From: a bacterium
Lineage (GTDB): Bacteria > Bacteroidota > Ignavibacteria > Kapaibacteriales > UBA2268
Reading direction: 5' to 3'
Length of the DNA stretch: 64,000 nt
NCBI GenBank assembly: GCA_043804925.1
Contig: JAZDIP010000106.1
Span: forward strand, 796-64,795
Of the stretch, positions 37,965-48,516 are shown piece by piece. Each line of letters starts with the position of its first letter. The stretch's first letter is position 1. The notes beneath the pieces were generated by a model. That model saw only the letters and a list, made by a program, of their open reading frames with translations, searched no databases and was not told the origin of the DNA. The position numbers and the translations under genes were made by a program.

Positions 37965-40499
37965 TTATTTTCTTTGCAAAACCACCTTTGTGGTTTCCGT
38001 TCTGTTGCCTATTTGTATTTGACATACATATAAACCGGAACTGACTAATTGTGATTTTTCGTCAATACCTTCCCATTTTATTGTGAAATTACCTGACTGA
38101 ACCGGATTTTCAATAATAGTCTTGATTATAGTCCCTTCAGTATTATATATTGATGCTTTTAAGATTTCTCCTGTCAAATTTGCCGGAATATTGAAACTGA
38201 TATATACAATTTCCGAAAAAGGATTAGGATATGCAGATAATTTTACTGTTTCCCGATATTTTTGTTCTTTTACGGAAACTACTTCAACCGGAAGAGACAT
38301 AGGATTATCATTTCTCGGATTCCCGTTTTTATCAGCTAAATATAAATCAACAAATTCAGGTCTGAAAGATTGATTCCCTTTAATGACTTCATTATTATAA
38401 AAACTTATCCACTCGTAATCATTCATTCTTTTAAAATCGTTTGTTGTATATTCATGAAAACTCATAACCGGTCCTACGAAAGCTGTTGCATGACCTTCGT
38501 AATTTTCAGCTATGAAAACACCGAGGTCAACTAATCCTGTAGCAACATGTTTTACCCAACCTACTTGATTACCTCCTGCATCAAAAGGTGATGTATGTAT
38601 ATCCGCTATCAAATTCCAATACATTTTTTGAACGTCCGGTATTAACCTTTCACCAATATATAATTGCCCAATCCATCCTCTTGGAAAAACAGCCCCACAG
38701 CCACCACCCCAATCAAATGCTCCACAAAGAAAATTTAAATCATTTTCATCGAGTTTAATATTTCCGGCTTCTTTTGAAGCTATTGTGTATAACTTTTCTG
38801 ATATGGAATCAAGGTTATTTAAATATTTGTCAATGTAGAAATCATTAAATTTCGAACAAATTTCCTTTGATTTCTTTGCTAAATTTGACATTGCTTTATA
38901 AAAGTCGGGTATTGGTTCTATATAAACATAAGGATATGCACAACTTGGTCCACCTGTATAAGATTGTTTCCCATATAATATATTATCATGCCGTAATTGT
39001 GCCCATGAAGATAGCTGGGTATTCATTTTTTCCTGCCACCATGCTGCTGTTTGCATAAATCCGGGAAGAGTTTTTCTTGTTGCGTCATCCGGTGCATTTA
39101 AAGTTCTTATAACTTTCAACCACGAATTATAAATTGAATTATCCCAGTAGGATTCATCGTAAGAATCAAACAGCAGTCTTAATGCCGCAAGTTGTTTCTG
39201 GTAAGAATATCTTTCTAATTCAGTTTGTAGAAATTCCAAAGAAGAATTGTTTCCGAGTGAAAATAATACATCATTAACAGACGGCAGCATTCGTTTGATT
39301 TTTTGTCCATCAACAACAATTTTGTCATAAACAAGATTACCGCAAATATACGAATCCGCTAAAAATCTTTGCCCTAAAAGTAAAAATGCAGAAGCAGGTT
39401 TAATTTGCTCTTTGCTGAATGGGGACATTAATATTTGTGATAAAATCCTTTGCTCTGCATATTCCTTGGTTGATAATAAATTTTGAAATTCATGTACTTT
39501 ATCAAGATTTTTGAATTCATTTATATCACTTATATTCATTTCTTGCAACAGTTCTGTTAAATGTTCCAATTGAACATTATCAGATATTCCTACCATTGAT
39601 TCTATAATATCATCAACTGAATTAAAATTTTCGAGCTGTTCTGAATCATTAATAAGTTTATGTAATAAAAATGCATCAATTATTTGTCTTTGAATATCTT
39701 CTTCTGTTTGCTTTGGTTCATTATCACTTTCTAAAGGTGGAATAAGATAAAACTCAGTTCTTCCCAACCACATCATACATTTAAAATATCCCATCAATCC
39801 ATCTGATAAAGTATAGTGACCTCTGACAGTAAATTGGCTGAAATCAATTTTTCTCGATGTACTTGAAAATAAAGGATAAGTTTGAAATTGCTCCGAATTT
39901 ATCATACCAATAATTTTGTTTATTTCATTTTGATTTTCAGAAAATTTTGGCGAAGACGAACCGGACAAACAAGCTTTTGCAACTGTTAAGTAGATATCTA
40001 TATCATTAACGTTTTGTTCCAATCCCGGTATCTTTTCCAAACTATTTTGCATTCTGCCTAATAATTTGGATAGATTTGAAATTAAAATTTCCTCCTCTAT
40101 TGTCCTCAAAATTGCATCGTATGAAATATGAAAAGCATCAAGTATAAAATCCGTCGTTATCATAACAGGCAAATCTTTATTGTAGATATCTCCTAATGCT
40201 CTCCAAAAAGTATAATAGGAATTTCTTTCTGTTACCATAAACCCATGCTTATCAATTAGTTCGGCTTCGTATGAAGTTAAGCCGTATGCTTTTTTTATAT
40301 TATCTAAATATAAAATGGAGTCTTGAGTTGGGGACACAAGTCCTTTGTACATACCGACAGGATGCTCATTGAAAAGCTGATTAATATTATAATTGGGATT
40401 ATTTTCGATAAATTCCCAGTATTTATCTACTTTTGTTTGAGATAAAGCAGTAAATGAAATCGCACAAATCAGCGCCAAAATTTGTAATATTTTTTTCAT
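37965..40499 (-). CDS. Large secreted hypothetical protein with T9SS C-terminal sorting domain
   Basis: An internal Met start (MKKILQILALICAISFTALSQ) gives a signal peptide. C-terminal ...KLSAYPNPFSEIVYISFNIPAN...GLYVCQIQIGNRTETTKVVLQRK. Confidence 0.7.
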   Translation of the reverse strand: MKKILQILALICAISFTALSQTKVDKYWEFIENNPNYNINQLFNEHPVGMYKGLVSPTQDSILYLDNIKKAYGLTSYEAELIDKHGFMVTERNSYYTFWRALGDIYNKDLPVMITTDFILDAFHISYDAILRTIEEEILISNLSKLLGRMQNSLEKIPGLEQNVNDIDIYLTVAKACLSGSSSPKFSENQNEINKIIGMINSEQFQTYPLFSSTSRKIDFSQFTVRGHYTLSDGLMGYFKCMMWLGRTEFYLIPPLESDNEPKQTEEDIQRQIIDAFLLHKLINDSEQLENFNSVDDIIESMVGISDNVQLEHLTELLQEMNISDINEFKNLDKVHEFQNLLSTKEYAEQRILSQILMSPFSKEQIKPASAFLLLGQRFLADSYICGNLVYDKIVVDGQKIKRMLPSVNDVLFSLGNNSSLEFLQTELERYSYQKQLAALRLLFDSYDESYWDNSIYNSWLKVIRTLNAPDDATRKTLPGFMQTAAWWQEKMNTQLSSWAQLRHDNILYGKQSYTGGPSCAYPYVYIEPIPDFYKAMSNLAKKSKEICSKFNDFYIDKYLNNLDSISEKLYTIASKEAGNIKLDENDLNFLCGAFDWGGGCGAVFPRGWIGQLYIGERLIPDVQKMYWNLIADIHTSPFDAGGNQVGWVKHVATGLVDLGVFIAENYEGHATAFVGPVMSFHEYTTNDFKRMNDYEWISFYNNEVIKGNQSFRPEFVDLYLADKNGNPRNDNPMSLPVEVVSVKEQKYRETVKLSAYPNPFSEIVYISFNIPANLTGEILKASIYNTEGTIIKTIIENPVQSGNFTIKWEGIDEKSQLVSSGLYVCQIQIGNRTETTKVVLQRK

Positions 40500-40627
40500 A
40501 ACAACACCTTTTTTAAGAATTGCAACAATCTTTATTATAAGACACAAAAAATACCGAAATGTTACACTTTTTTTTGAAAATAAATAAAATAAATTTTCTT
40601 TCATCCAAAAAAACCTCATTTTCATTA

Positions 40628-40662
40628 AAAAAAGGACTGCCTCATTATGAGACAGCCCTTTT
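40628..40662 (-). terminator. Rho-independent terminator downstream of the gltB-like/nuoEF-like operon
   Basis: On the minus strand: hairpin ggctgtctcataatgaggcagtcc followed by TTTTTTT. Confidence 0.5.
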
Positions 40663-40703
40663 CTGAACTTTCTACTTTATAAACTTTATAAACTTTCTAC
40701 TGG

Positions 40704-42293
40704 CTAATAATTCTTGAACATCTCCTCAACTTTTTCACTTTCATATTCAGTTATGAATTGAATTCCGCTTCTGTCTGCCGCATCTCTTGTCAGAGCCGCA
40801 ATGTCATTTCTTGATATGTATTCAAGATTGAACTTCCTTGCACCTGTCATAAGCTGACGCAATCCCTGAGCCAATCTCTCGTAATAAGTATAAAGACCTA
40901 TTGCACCTGTCGGAATTTTTTCGAATTCCTTATCGCCTAATTCCTTGCGTAAGTCTTTAGATGTAACGAATACTTCATCAATAGTATTACCAAATCTTTC
41001 GACATAAACAGGTAGTTGATTGTCTTCGATTGTTCTTCCGATTGTTTTGCCGACCATAGCGGCGGCAATTGGAGAACGAGCCATACCAATCATCTTGACA
41101 TAAGGAGCTCCGATAGCCAAGCCCTTGAATATCTGGTCTTCGAATGTGAAACCACCTGCAAAAATCAGCGGTGGAACATATTTACCTTCATTTTCCAATC
41201 GTTTGGCGTAATTGTAAGCCATTGAATGTAACTCAACAGGAGGAACTCCCCACTCGTTCATCATTCTCCATGGACTCATACCTGTTCCGCCACCTGCTCC
41301 GTCAATTGTCAGATAATCAATTTTATATTTAGATGCATAAATGATTGCCCTTGCCATATCGGAAGGAACATAAGCACCTGTTTTCAGTGTAACATATTTT
41401 GCCCCTGCTTTCCTCAACTCATCAACTCTTTGAGCAAAGCCCTCTTCGGTAACCATCCCGATTCTCGAATGTCTTTCAAATTCTTTGAATGCACCATGCT
41501 CATAAGCTTTGATGATATGAGGGTCGGTTGGGTTTGGCAGAACAATATATCCACGTTCGAAAAGTTTTTGGGCTTTTTTCAGGTCGGTGATTTTTACTTC
41601 ACCGCCTATGTTCTTTGCACCTTGTCCCCATTTCAACTCGCAAACCTCTACACCAAGCTTGTCAATGGCATATTCCTGAACACCTAATCTGGTATCTTCC
41701 ACATTTGCCTGTACAATGATTGCACCGTATCCGTCCCTCTGATAATCCTGATAAAGTTTAACTCTTCTTTTCAAATCTACTGTATCAACAATTTTGCCGT
41801 TCTCGATTGCAGCTTCCATATCCATAGCACCGACATTTTCACCAATCGTAAGACCGGTACCTGCCAAAGCAGAACCAATGGCAAGACCTTCCCAATTATT
41901 TTTAGCCACATTTGTTGAACCGATACCTGGAATAATCCACGGCAATTTAAATTTTAGCCCTTTGTCATGTCCTAATCTAACCTCTAAATTGACATTAGGA
42001 AATAATGCTTTGTCGCTGTCGGGTTCAATACCCTGAGCACCTTCGACACCACCCATGATGTTGAAATCGGAATAATCAACAGGATATTTTTTCTCTGATG
42101 CAGCTGTTATCACTCCGAATGGTTGCGGATAAATTACCTCATGTCCCCTGTAAGCGGACTTACCAATTTCGCACATACCAACACAACCGTCAACACATGT
42201 AACGCACATACCGGAGGCAGGATTAATAGAATCTTCGGTACGATTCTTCGTCAGTGTTGCGGCTGATGAATTAACTCTTGAAAACATATTCAC
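40704..42293 (-). CDS. FMN-binding glutamate synthase (GltB domain 2-like) family protein with N-terminal Cys cluster
   Basis: GltS FMN-domain signatures (GxGSTNVAKNNWEGLAIGS..., GGTG). N-terminal CVTCVDGCVGMC. Confidence 0.8.
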   Translation of the reverse strand: MNMFSRVNSSAATLTKNRTEDSINPASGMCVTCVDGCVGMCEIGKSAYRGHEVIYPQPFGVITAASEKKYPVDYSDFNIMGGVEGAQGIEPDSDKALFPNVNLEVRLGHDKGLKFKLPWIIPGIGSTNVAKNNWEGLAIGSALAGTGLTIGENVGAMDMEAAIENGKIVDTVDLKRRVKLYQDYQRDGYGAIIVQANVEDTRLGVQEYAIDKLGVEVCELKWGQGAKNIGGEVKITDLKKAQKLFERGYIVLPNPTDPHIIKAYEHGAFKEFERHSRIGMVTEEGFAQRVDELRKAGAKYVTLKTGAYVPSDMARAIIYASKYKIDYLTIDGAGGGTGMSPWRMMNEWGVPPVELHSMAYNYAKRLENEGKYVPPLIFAGGFTFEDQIFKGLAIGAPYVKMIGMARSPIAAAMVGKTIGRTIEDNQLPVYVERFGNTIDEVFVTSKDLRKELGDKEFEKIPTGAIGLYTYYERLAQGLRQLMTGARKFNLEYISRNDIAALTRDAADRSGIQFITEYESEKVEEMFKNY

Positions 42294-42356
42294 GTAAAAT
42301 CTCCTTATATTATTATTAAATTTAATTTATATTTTTCATTTTATCCCTTCTCCCTT

Positions 42357-42400
42357 CTCCGGTCATCCTGAGCTTGTCGAAGGATGTCATTAACAATTAA
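42357..42400. repeat. REP-like palindromic element + TAACAAT heptad tract
   Basis: GGTCATCCTGAGCTTGTCGAAGGATGTCAT followed by taacaattaacaatt. Confidence 0.5.
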
Positions 42401-42403
42401 CAA

Positions 42404-43081
42404 TTACCTATCCACAATCTCACAAGCAACACATGGGTCCATGTAGCACATTAAATCATGAAACTGGTCTTTATCAACACATGGAGCGCTAATATTTACA
42501 CAGCCGTTACATATAGCATTATCTTTGTCTGTATATGTACAACGCAACTGGCATGCAGGACAAATATAAATACACCCTCCACAAAGCCGGCATACTTCGG
42601 ATTTAATATCGAATGGAGTACCGATACTTCGGTTCTCACCTCGTCCCCTGAATCCGATTGCCTTTGCCATCATTTGCTCCTCGCACATCCTTACACAAAG
42701 ACCGCAAAGAATGCAATCTTCCCATTCCTGTTTGAATCTTTGCCGGTGTACATCAAACTTTGATGCCAAATCCTGAATGGTTTTAGATTGAGGACATGTT
42801 GCCAGAAGCAATTCCAAAATCATCTTTCTTGCTTTCATTACCCTTTCGGAACCTGTACGAACTTTTAAGCCCTCCTGTGCAGGATAAGTACAAGAAGTTA
42901 CTAACTTGGCATTAGCACCCTCACCAATTTCAACGACACAGAGCCGGCAGGCACCATAAGGGCTAAGCCCTTCCATGTGGCATAATGTAGGTATGGGAAA
43001 TCCTAAAAACTGTGCCGCTTCCAGCAGAGTTGTACCTTCATCTACTTGTAATTGGATACCATTTATAATAATGTTAATCAT
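42404..43081 (-). CDS. 2Fe-2S plus 4Fe-4S ferredoxin-type iron-sulfur protein (NuoG N-terminal-like)
   Basis: Cys patterns CHMEG...CRLC, CILCGLCVRMC, CRLCGGCIYICP. Confidence 0.8.
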   Translation of the reverse strand: MINIIINGIQLQVDEGTTLLEAAQFLGFPIPTLCHMEGLSPYGACRLCVVEIGEGANAKLVTSCTYPAQEGLKVRTGSERVMKARKMILELLLATCPQSKTIQDLASKFDVHRQRFKQEWEDCILCGLCVRMCEEQMMAKAIGFRGRGENRSIGTPFDIKSEVCRLCGGCIYICPACQLRCTYTDKDNAICNGCVNISAPCVDKDQFHDLMCYMDPCVACEIVDR

Positions 43082-43149
43082 AAACTACCTCGCTTTCAAA
43101 CAATATTTGTCTAATAAATGAGTTACCCTGATGGGTTGCTTGACACTGA

Positions 43150-43212
43150 ACCCCCTGAAATCCATCATCCTGAGACTGTCGAAGGATTTCATTAACCATT
43201 AACCATTGACAA
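43150..43212. repeat. REP-like palindromic element + CCATTAA heptad tract
   Basis: CATCATCCTGAGACTGTCGAAGGATTTCAT followed by taaccattaaccattgacaattaaccattaac. Confidence 0.5.
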
Positions 43213-46200
43213 TTAACCATTAACGACCGCTCCTTCCTTTTCAGAAAATTCAATCTCAATTTCTTTTACTCTTTCCTGTAATTTATAGGTAAAATCCAAG
43301 TCGCATCTCAAACAACGCAGTGCCTCTTTCTTTGCATCGGCTTCGGTCAATGTTGTTTCAACCTCATCCAGAGTAGTGATACGTTGCTTAACAGGTATAA
43401 CCGGCAGTTTGATTCTTTGTGCCTCCAAATCCGTTTCCTCTCCGGTTTCAATAGGAGGAATATAATCCTTAGGGAATTGCTTTGGAACGGGTTGATTCAA
43501 ATCCTGTCCGTTGATATACCTGTCAATCATAATCGCAACTCTTTTACCTGCCGCAATTGCATCAACGACTGTGTTAGGTCCTGTTACGACATCGCCACCG
43601 GCAAAGACACCCATCCTGTTTGTTGTTAAGGTATCTTCATTTACAACAAGACTACCCCATTTATTTGTTTCAATTCCCATATATGAAATATATCCGACAT
43701 CAGGAGTATCCCCAATTGTAATTATCAAAGTATCGAATTGAAATACTTCTTCGGAATCCGGAACCGGTACAGGTGTTCTTCTACCGCTTTCGTCAACTTC
43801 ACCTAATTTATTTCTGATAAATTCCACACCTGCTATTTTCCCCTTTTCCGACTTAATGCTTAAAGGAGTCATTAATGTTTCGAGCCGGACACCTTCTTCT
43901 ATTGCGGCATCAACTTCATGAGATAAGGCAGGCATTTCCTGACGTGTCCGCCGGTAAAGAACCGTAACACTTTCTACACCCTTCTGGCGAAGCGACACTC
44001 TCGCCGCATCAATAGCAGAGTCGCCGCCACCGATAACACCAACTTTACCCTTGGCTAAATTTTTACCTTCCAGATTAAATGATTTCAAAAACTGAATTGC
44101 AGGGTATACGCCTTCGAGTTCTTCACCTTCGATATTTAAAAGTTTGCTCTTATGTGCCCCCATTGCTAAAAATACTGCTTTGTAACCGCTATTTAACAAA
44201 TAATCTATTGTTATATCCCTGCCTAATGCAGTATTGCAAACCAACTCGATATTGTCGTCAATTAAGCAATCTATTTCTTTTCTTATTACGTCTCTTGGTA
44301 ATCTGTAAGCAGGGATACCGCTAATTAACATACCTCCCGCTTCAGAATCCTTTTCAAATACAGTAACTTTATATCCTTGCAGGGACAATTTATGAGCGGC
44401 TGTTAAACCGGCGGGTCCGGAACCAATAATTGCAATTTGCGATTTTCTGTTGCTATTAGTGCCGTTTCTCTTTGGCTTATATATTGCCGGGTCAATTCTA
44501 TCCGTAATAAATCGTTTTAATGCACGAATTGCTATTGGCTGACCTGTGTAGTCACCTGCTCGGCACATTTTTTCACAAGGATGGTTGCATACTCTTGCAC
44601 AAACCGAAGGGAATGGATTTGCTTCACGGATTGTAAGATATGCTTGTTCGTACTCCCCTCTGGCAATATGTGCAATGTACTTCCATGCTTCGGTTCCTAT
44701 CGGACAGGTTGCATGGCACGGTGCGCCAACAAGCTCTTTACATACTCCCGCCTTGCAACGTTTATTTTTAATATGGTCAATATATTCATGTCTGAAGTAT
44801 TTCAAAGTTGATAGAACCGGATTAGCCGCAGTTTGTCCAAGACCGCACATTGTAGTGTCTTTCACAACATAAGCGAGGTCTTCAAGCAATTGGAGTTTTT
44901 CCATGCTCCCGTGACCTTTTGTAATGTCATCGAGCAATTCCCACATACGTTGAGTTCCCTTACGGCATGTAAAGCATTTTCCACAGGATTCATCCTTGAG
45001 AAAATTCATAAAGAATTTTGCTACATCAACCATACATGTCCGTTCATCCATAACAATCATACCACCGGAACCCATCATTGAACCGGCTTCAGCAAGAGAA
45101 TCATAATCAATGGGTATATTGAATTTGCTCACCGGAATGCAACCGCCTGATGGACCGCCTGTTTGAACGGCTTTGATTTTGGTGTCAGCAGATGAACCTC
45201 CTCCAATATCATAAACAATCTCTTTTATTGTTATTCCCATTGGAACTTCAACAAGTCCGGTATTCTTGATTTTTCCTACCAGACTAAATATTTTTGTGCC
45301 GGTACTCTTTTCTGTTCCGACTTTAGCATATTCACTTCCACCTTTTAATATAATAGAAGGTATATTTGCCCATGTTTCTACATTGTTGATAGCTGTAGGT
45401 TTTCCAAATATTCCCTTTTCAACAGGGAATGGGGGTCTTTGTCGGGGTTCACCCATGTGACCTTCAACCGATTTCATTAATGCAGTTTCTTCACCGCAAA
45501 CAAATGCACCGGCTCCACGGACAATGCGGATATTAAAAGAAAATTTCGTTCCTAATATTTTTTTACCTAACAATCCTAAATCTTCTGCTTGCCTTAGAGC
45601 AATGATTAAGTGTTTTATCGCAAGAGGATATTCATCTCTAACATAAACAATACCTTCAGTTGCACCTGTAGCATAAGCACCAATAATCATTCCCTCGATA
45701 ATACTATGTGGATTTCCTTCAAGAACGCTTCTATCCATATAAGCCCCGGGGTCTCCTTCATCGGCGTTACAAACAAGATATTTTCCCTTTTTGTTTGGTT
45801 GTTTTGCTAATAATTCCCATTTTTTCCCTGTTGGGAATCCAGCTCCACCTCTACCTCGAATTTTGGATTCTTGAACTTCTTTAATTACATCAGCAGGTTT
45901 CATTTTAGTTAAAACATTTGCTAAAGCCAAATAACCTGAATTTGCAAAATAGTCATAAATCCTGATAGGGTCTATTCTTTCATTTTTACTAAGAATATCA
46001 CGTCTTTGATTTTTAAAGAAAGGTATCTCGTCTTGTCTATGGAATACTTCATCAGTTTTCGGGTCTCTGTATAGTAGAGATTCTTCATAGTAATTTCCAA
46101 TAACAGCATCAATAATTTTTGATACATTGTCGGTAGTAACTTTGTGATAAAAAGCACCTTGTGGTCTTGTTAAAATAAACGGACCCATTTCACAAAAGCC

Positions 46201-46434
46201 ATGGCATCCGGTTATTTTTAAAGCTATTTTATTCTGTAGTTGTTTATTGAAGATATATTTCTTAATACTTCTAATGATATCTTTTGATTTGCTTGCATGA
46301 CATGCAGTACCTGCACAAATGACAATTTGAGGTACTTTACCATTTGAATTTTTTACAATTTCTTCTTGTAGTTCTGTCAGTTCAGCAATAGAATTTAAAG
46401 GTTTAAGCTCTTTAAAATATAATGAATTTGGCAT
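43213..46434 (-). CDS. Fusion protein: NuoE-like [2Fe-2S] + NuoF-like NADH-binding/FMN/4Fe-4S + 2x[4Fe-4S] + GltD-like NAD(P)H-dependent FAD oxidoreductase
   Basis: NuoF signature GRGGAGFPTGKKW. CGKCFTCRKG. Ferredoxin CxxCxxCxxxCP motifs. Two Rossmann GxGxxG/A motifs (IIGSGPAGL, VIGGGDSAID). Confidence 0.85.
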   Translation of the reverse strand: MPNSLYFKELKPLNSIAELTELQEEIVKNSNGKVPQIVICAGTACHASKSKDIIRSIKKYIFNKQLQNKIALKITGCHGFCEMGPFILTRPQGAFYHKVTTDNVSKIIDAVIGNYYEESLLYRDPKTDEVFHRQDEIPFFKNQRRDILSKNERIDPIRIYDYFANSGYLALANVLTKMKPADVIKEVQESKIRGRGGAGFPTGKKWELLAKQPNKKGKYLVCNADEGDPGAYMDRSVLEGNPHSIIEGMIIGAYATGATEGIVYVRDEYPLAIKHLIIALRQAEDLGLLGKKILGTKFSFNIRIVRGAGAFVCGEETALMKSVEGHMGEPRQRPPFPVEKGIFGKPTAINNVETWANIPSIILKGGSEYAKVGTEKSTGTKIFSLVGKIKNTGLVEVPMGITIKEIVYDIGGGSSADTKIKAVQTGGPSGGCIPVSKFNIPIDYDSLAEAGSMMGSGGMIVMDERTCMVDVAKFFMNFLKDESCGKCFTCRKGTQRMWELLDDITKGHGSMEKLQLLEDLAYVVKDTTMCGLGQTAANPVLSTLKYFRHEYIDHIKNKRCKAGVCKELVGAPCHATCPIGTEAWKYIAHIARGEYEQAYLTIREANPFPSVCARVCNHPCEKMCRAGDYTGQPIAIRALKRFITDRIDPAIYKPKRNGTNSNRKSQIAIIGSGPAGLTAAHKLSLQGYKVTVFEKDSEAGGMLISGIPAYRLPRDVIRKEIDCLIDDNIELVCNTALGRDITIDYLLNSGYKAVFLAMGAHKSKLLNIEGEELEGVYPAIQFLKSFNLEGKNLAKGKVGVIGGGDSAIDAARVSLRQKGVESVTVLYRRTRQEMPALSHEVDAAIEEGVRLETLMTPLSIKSEKGKIAGVEFIRNKLGEVDESGRRTPVPVPDSEEVFQFDTLIITIGDTPDVGYISYMGIETNKWGSLVVNEDTLTTNRMGVFAGGDVVTGPNTVVDAIAAGKRVAIMIDRYINGQDLNQPVPKQFPKDYIPPIETGEETDLEAQRIKLPVIPVKQRITTLDEVETTLTEADAKKEALRCLRCDLDFTYKLQERVKEIEIEFSEKEGAVVNG

Positions 46435-46475
46435 TTAGCAACTCCTTGAATAGATTTGTTAATTTTTTAGATTAT

Positions 46476-47318
46476 TCATTTATTAAATTCTAAATCCAGC
46501 AAATGTCCGGGACACCCTTTTTTGGGACAAATCTGAATAATACCACCGTCTTTTACTTTCATCGGTACCATTGTTTCTCCGCAATCAGGACAATTTAATC
46601 CATGGGTTAATTCAACATGACAATGAGGACAGAATATATTTACTATATAATCCTCGGGAATCTTATGTTCTGATTTAATATTATGGCTTCCGTAGATGGG
46701 AGAAAGCCAAAGTGAACCGTGCCTTCGTTTGAAAGAAGCTGTGAGTCTGATAGAAGGTTGACCATCTATCAAAACTTCCGGATCCATCAAATCATGGTTA
46801 CATGCTTTACAGCTAACATTTAGAGAAAATGATTCCTGAGATATTGTCGTATCTTTAGTAAATCCAATCTCAGCATCATACAGTATTTTTTTAATGTCAG
46901 TAGTTTTAACCTTTGAAATATAATGCCCGTCGCAAACAACAACAGGACCTAATGCACATGCTCCAAGACAAGTAACTGTCTCATAAGAAAATTTCTTGTC
47001 GGGAGTAGTTTTTCCCGGAGCTATTCCAAGGTGCTTTTGGACATGTTCTGCTATGGTTTGACCACCTCTAACATGACAGGCAGTACCAAGGCATACCGTT
47101 ATGTGATGCTTTCCCTTAGGTTCAAATGTGAAAGATTTGTAAAAAGTAGCAACTCCATAAATATCAACAAGTGATTTATTTGTTTCCTTCGCAACCTGCA
47201 TGAGTGCTTCCTGTGGTAGATAGCTGTATTTTGATTGAATGTCCTGAAGGATAGAAATAATGCCGTTGCCATTATTTTTATGGTTTTTGATTATAGAATC
47301 AACATTAACATTCGCCAT
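46476..47318 (-). CDS. NuoE-like thioredoxin-fold [2Fe-2S] subunit with C-terminal Cys-rich extension
   Basis: CLGTACHVRG...CLGACALGPV motifs. C-terminal CPHCH...CPDCG. Confidence 0.8.
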   Translation of the reverse strand: MANVNVDSIIKNHKNNGNGIISILQDIQSKYSYLPQEALMQVAKETNKSLVDIYGVATFYKSFTFEPKGKHHITVCLGTACHVRGGQTIAEHVQKHLGIAPGKTTPDKKFSYETVTCLGACALGPVVVCDGHYISKVKTTDIKKILYDAEIGFTKDTTISQESFSLNVSCKACNHDLMDPEVLIDGQPSIRLTASFKRRHGSLWLSPIYGSHNIKSEHKIPEDYIVNIFCPHCHVELTHGLNCPDCGETMVPMKVKDGGIIQICPKKGCPGHLLDLEFNK

Positions 47319-47584
47319 ACAATATTCCTATTAATTACAAAATAAATTTTTATTATTATTTTTTATTTGCAAAAAAATTGAAGTTTAAATAGCACAAAAA
47401 ATTTTAAATACAAAAATATTTTTTTAATTTATAAACAATATGTTGTTTTTAAAAAGTTGTTTAGGAGTGGCTAAATTGGTATAACCCATATAAATATTAT
47501 CAGTTTTTTTTGAATTCGAGAGCTATTCTCAGAAAATAAATAAATTTAGTGCCTTCCTTTAAAATAATTTTTTCTTTCAGTTAT

Positions 47585-48442
47585 TTAATGACACCCTCTG
47601 ACAACTCTTGGGATATTGTTAAAATCATTGAAAAACGTTAAGGTAACAACTTGTCCTGAAAAAATATTTTCAATGTGTTGTCTTTGATTATAACCCATTT
47701 CGCAATAGAATCTGCCTTCTTTTTTGAGTAATTCCGGAAATATGCGGCTGAACCGCCTATAATATGTTAAGCCATCGGAACCATCTGTCAAAGCTTCTTT
47801 CGGTTCGTGATTTTTTATTTCATCATCAAGTTGATTATATTCATCGAGAGGGATATATGGCGGATTTGATACTATAATATCAAATTTTTCATTAGTCGGA
47901 ATTTCTTTTAAAATATCACATTGATTGAAACTGATATTCCTGATAGCAAGATTAGTCCCATTATTTTTCGCTGTCAATAAAGCAAAATAAGAACTGTCAA
48001 TAGCTAAAACATCAGACTGTTGAAAATTTTTTGCCAGATTCAAAGCTATACAACCTGAACCGGTACCAATATCCAAAATTTTTATTTTTTTGTACTTATT
48101 TGGATAATCATTCAAAACACAATTCACCAACAATTCGGTTTCAGGCCTTGGTATCATTACAGTATCGTTTACCATTATTTCTGTATCGAGGAAAGTAGTT
48201 TTTCCGAGAACATATTGCAATGGTTCACCTGATACTCTTTTTAAAACCATATTGCGGATGTTTTTCAGTTCCAAATCGTTCAATGGTTTGTCATGCTTAG
48301 TATAAATATCAATTCTTGAAATATTAAGAACTGAACAAAGTATCAACTCAATATTCAATCTCGCAGATTCAATACCCTTTTCTGTAAAATATCCGCTTGT
48401 CCATTTCAGGACATCTATAATAGTCCAATTCTTTTTTTCCAA
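47585..48442 (-). CDS. prmC: Release factor glutamine N5-methyltransferase PrmC/HemK
   Basis: SAM-MTase motif DIGTGSG and the substrate motif NPPYIP. Confidence 0.85.
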   Translation of the reverse strand: MEKKNWTIIDVLKWTSGYFTEKGIESARLNIELILCSVLNISRIDIYTKHDKPLNDLELKNIRNMVLKRVSGEPLQYVLGKTTFLDTEIMVNDTVMIPRPETELLVNCVLNDYPNKYKKIKILDIGTGSGCIALNLAKNFQQSDVLAIDSSYFALLTAKNNGTNLAIRNISFNQCDILKEIPTNEKFDIIVSNPPYIPLDEYNQLDDEIKNHEPKEALTDGSDGLTYYRRFSRIFPELLKKEGRFYCEMGYNQRQHIENIFSGQVVTLTFFNDFNNIPRVVRGCH

Positions 48443-48516
48443 TACAATACCATTGAATTAGTTTTCTTTTCTCAGATAATTTTATTCCACCATGAACCGC
48501 CTGATTCATGATTATC

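Noticed and set aside
43074-43259. 61-aa ORF between ferredoxin and nuoF-fusion genes
   Set aside because: It overlaps the REP-like palindrome and the heptad tract. It is a spurious frame across repeat DNA.
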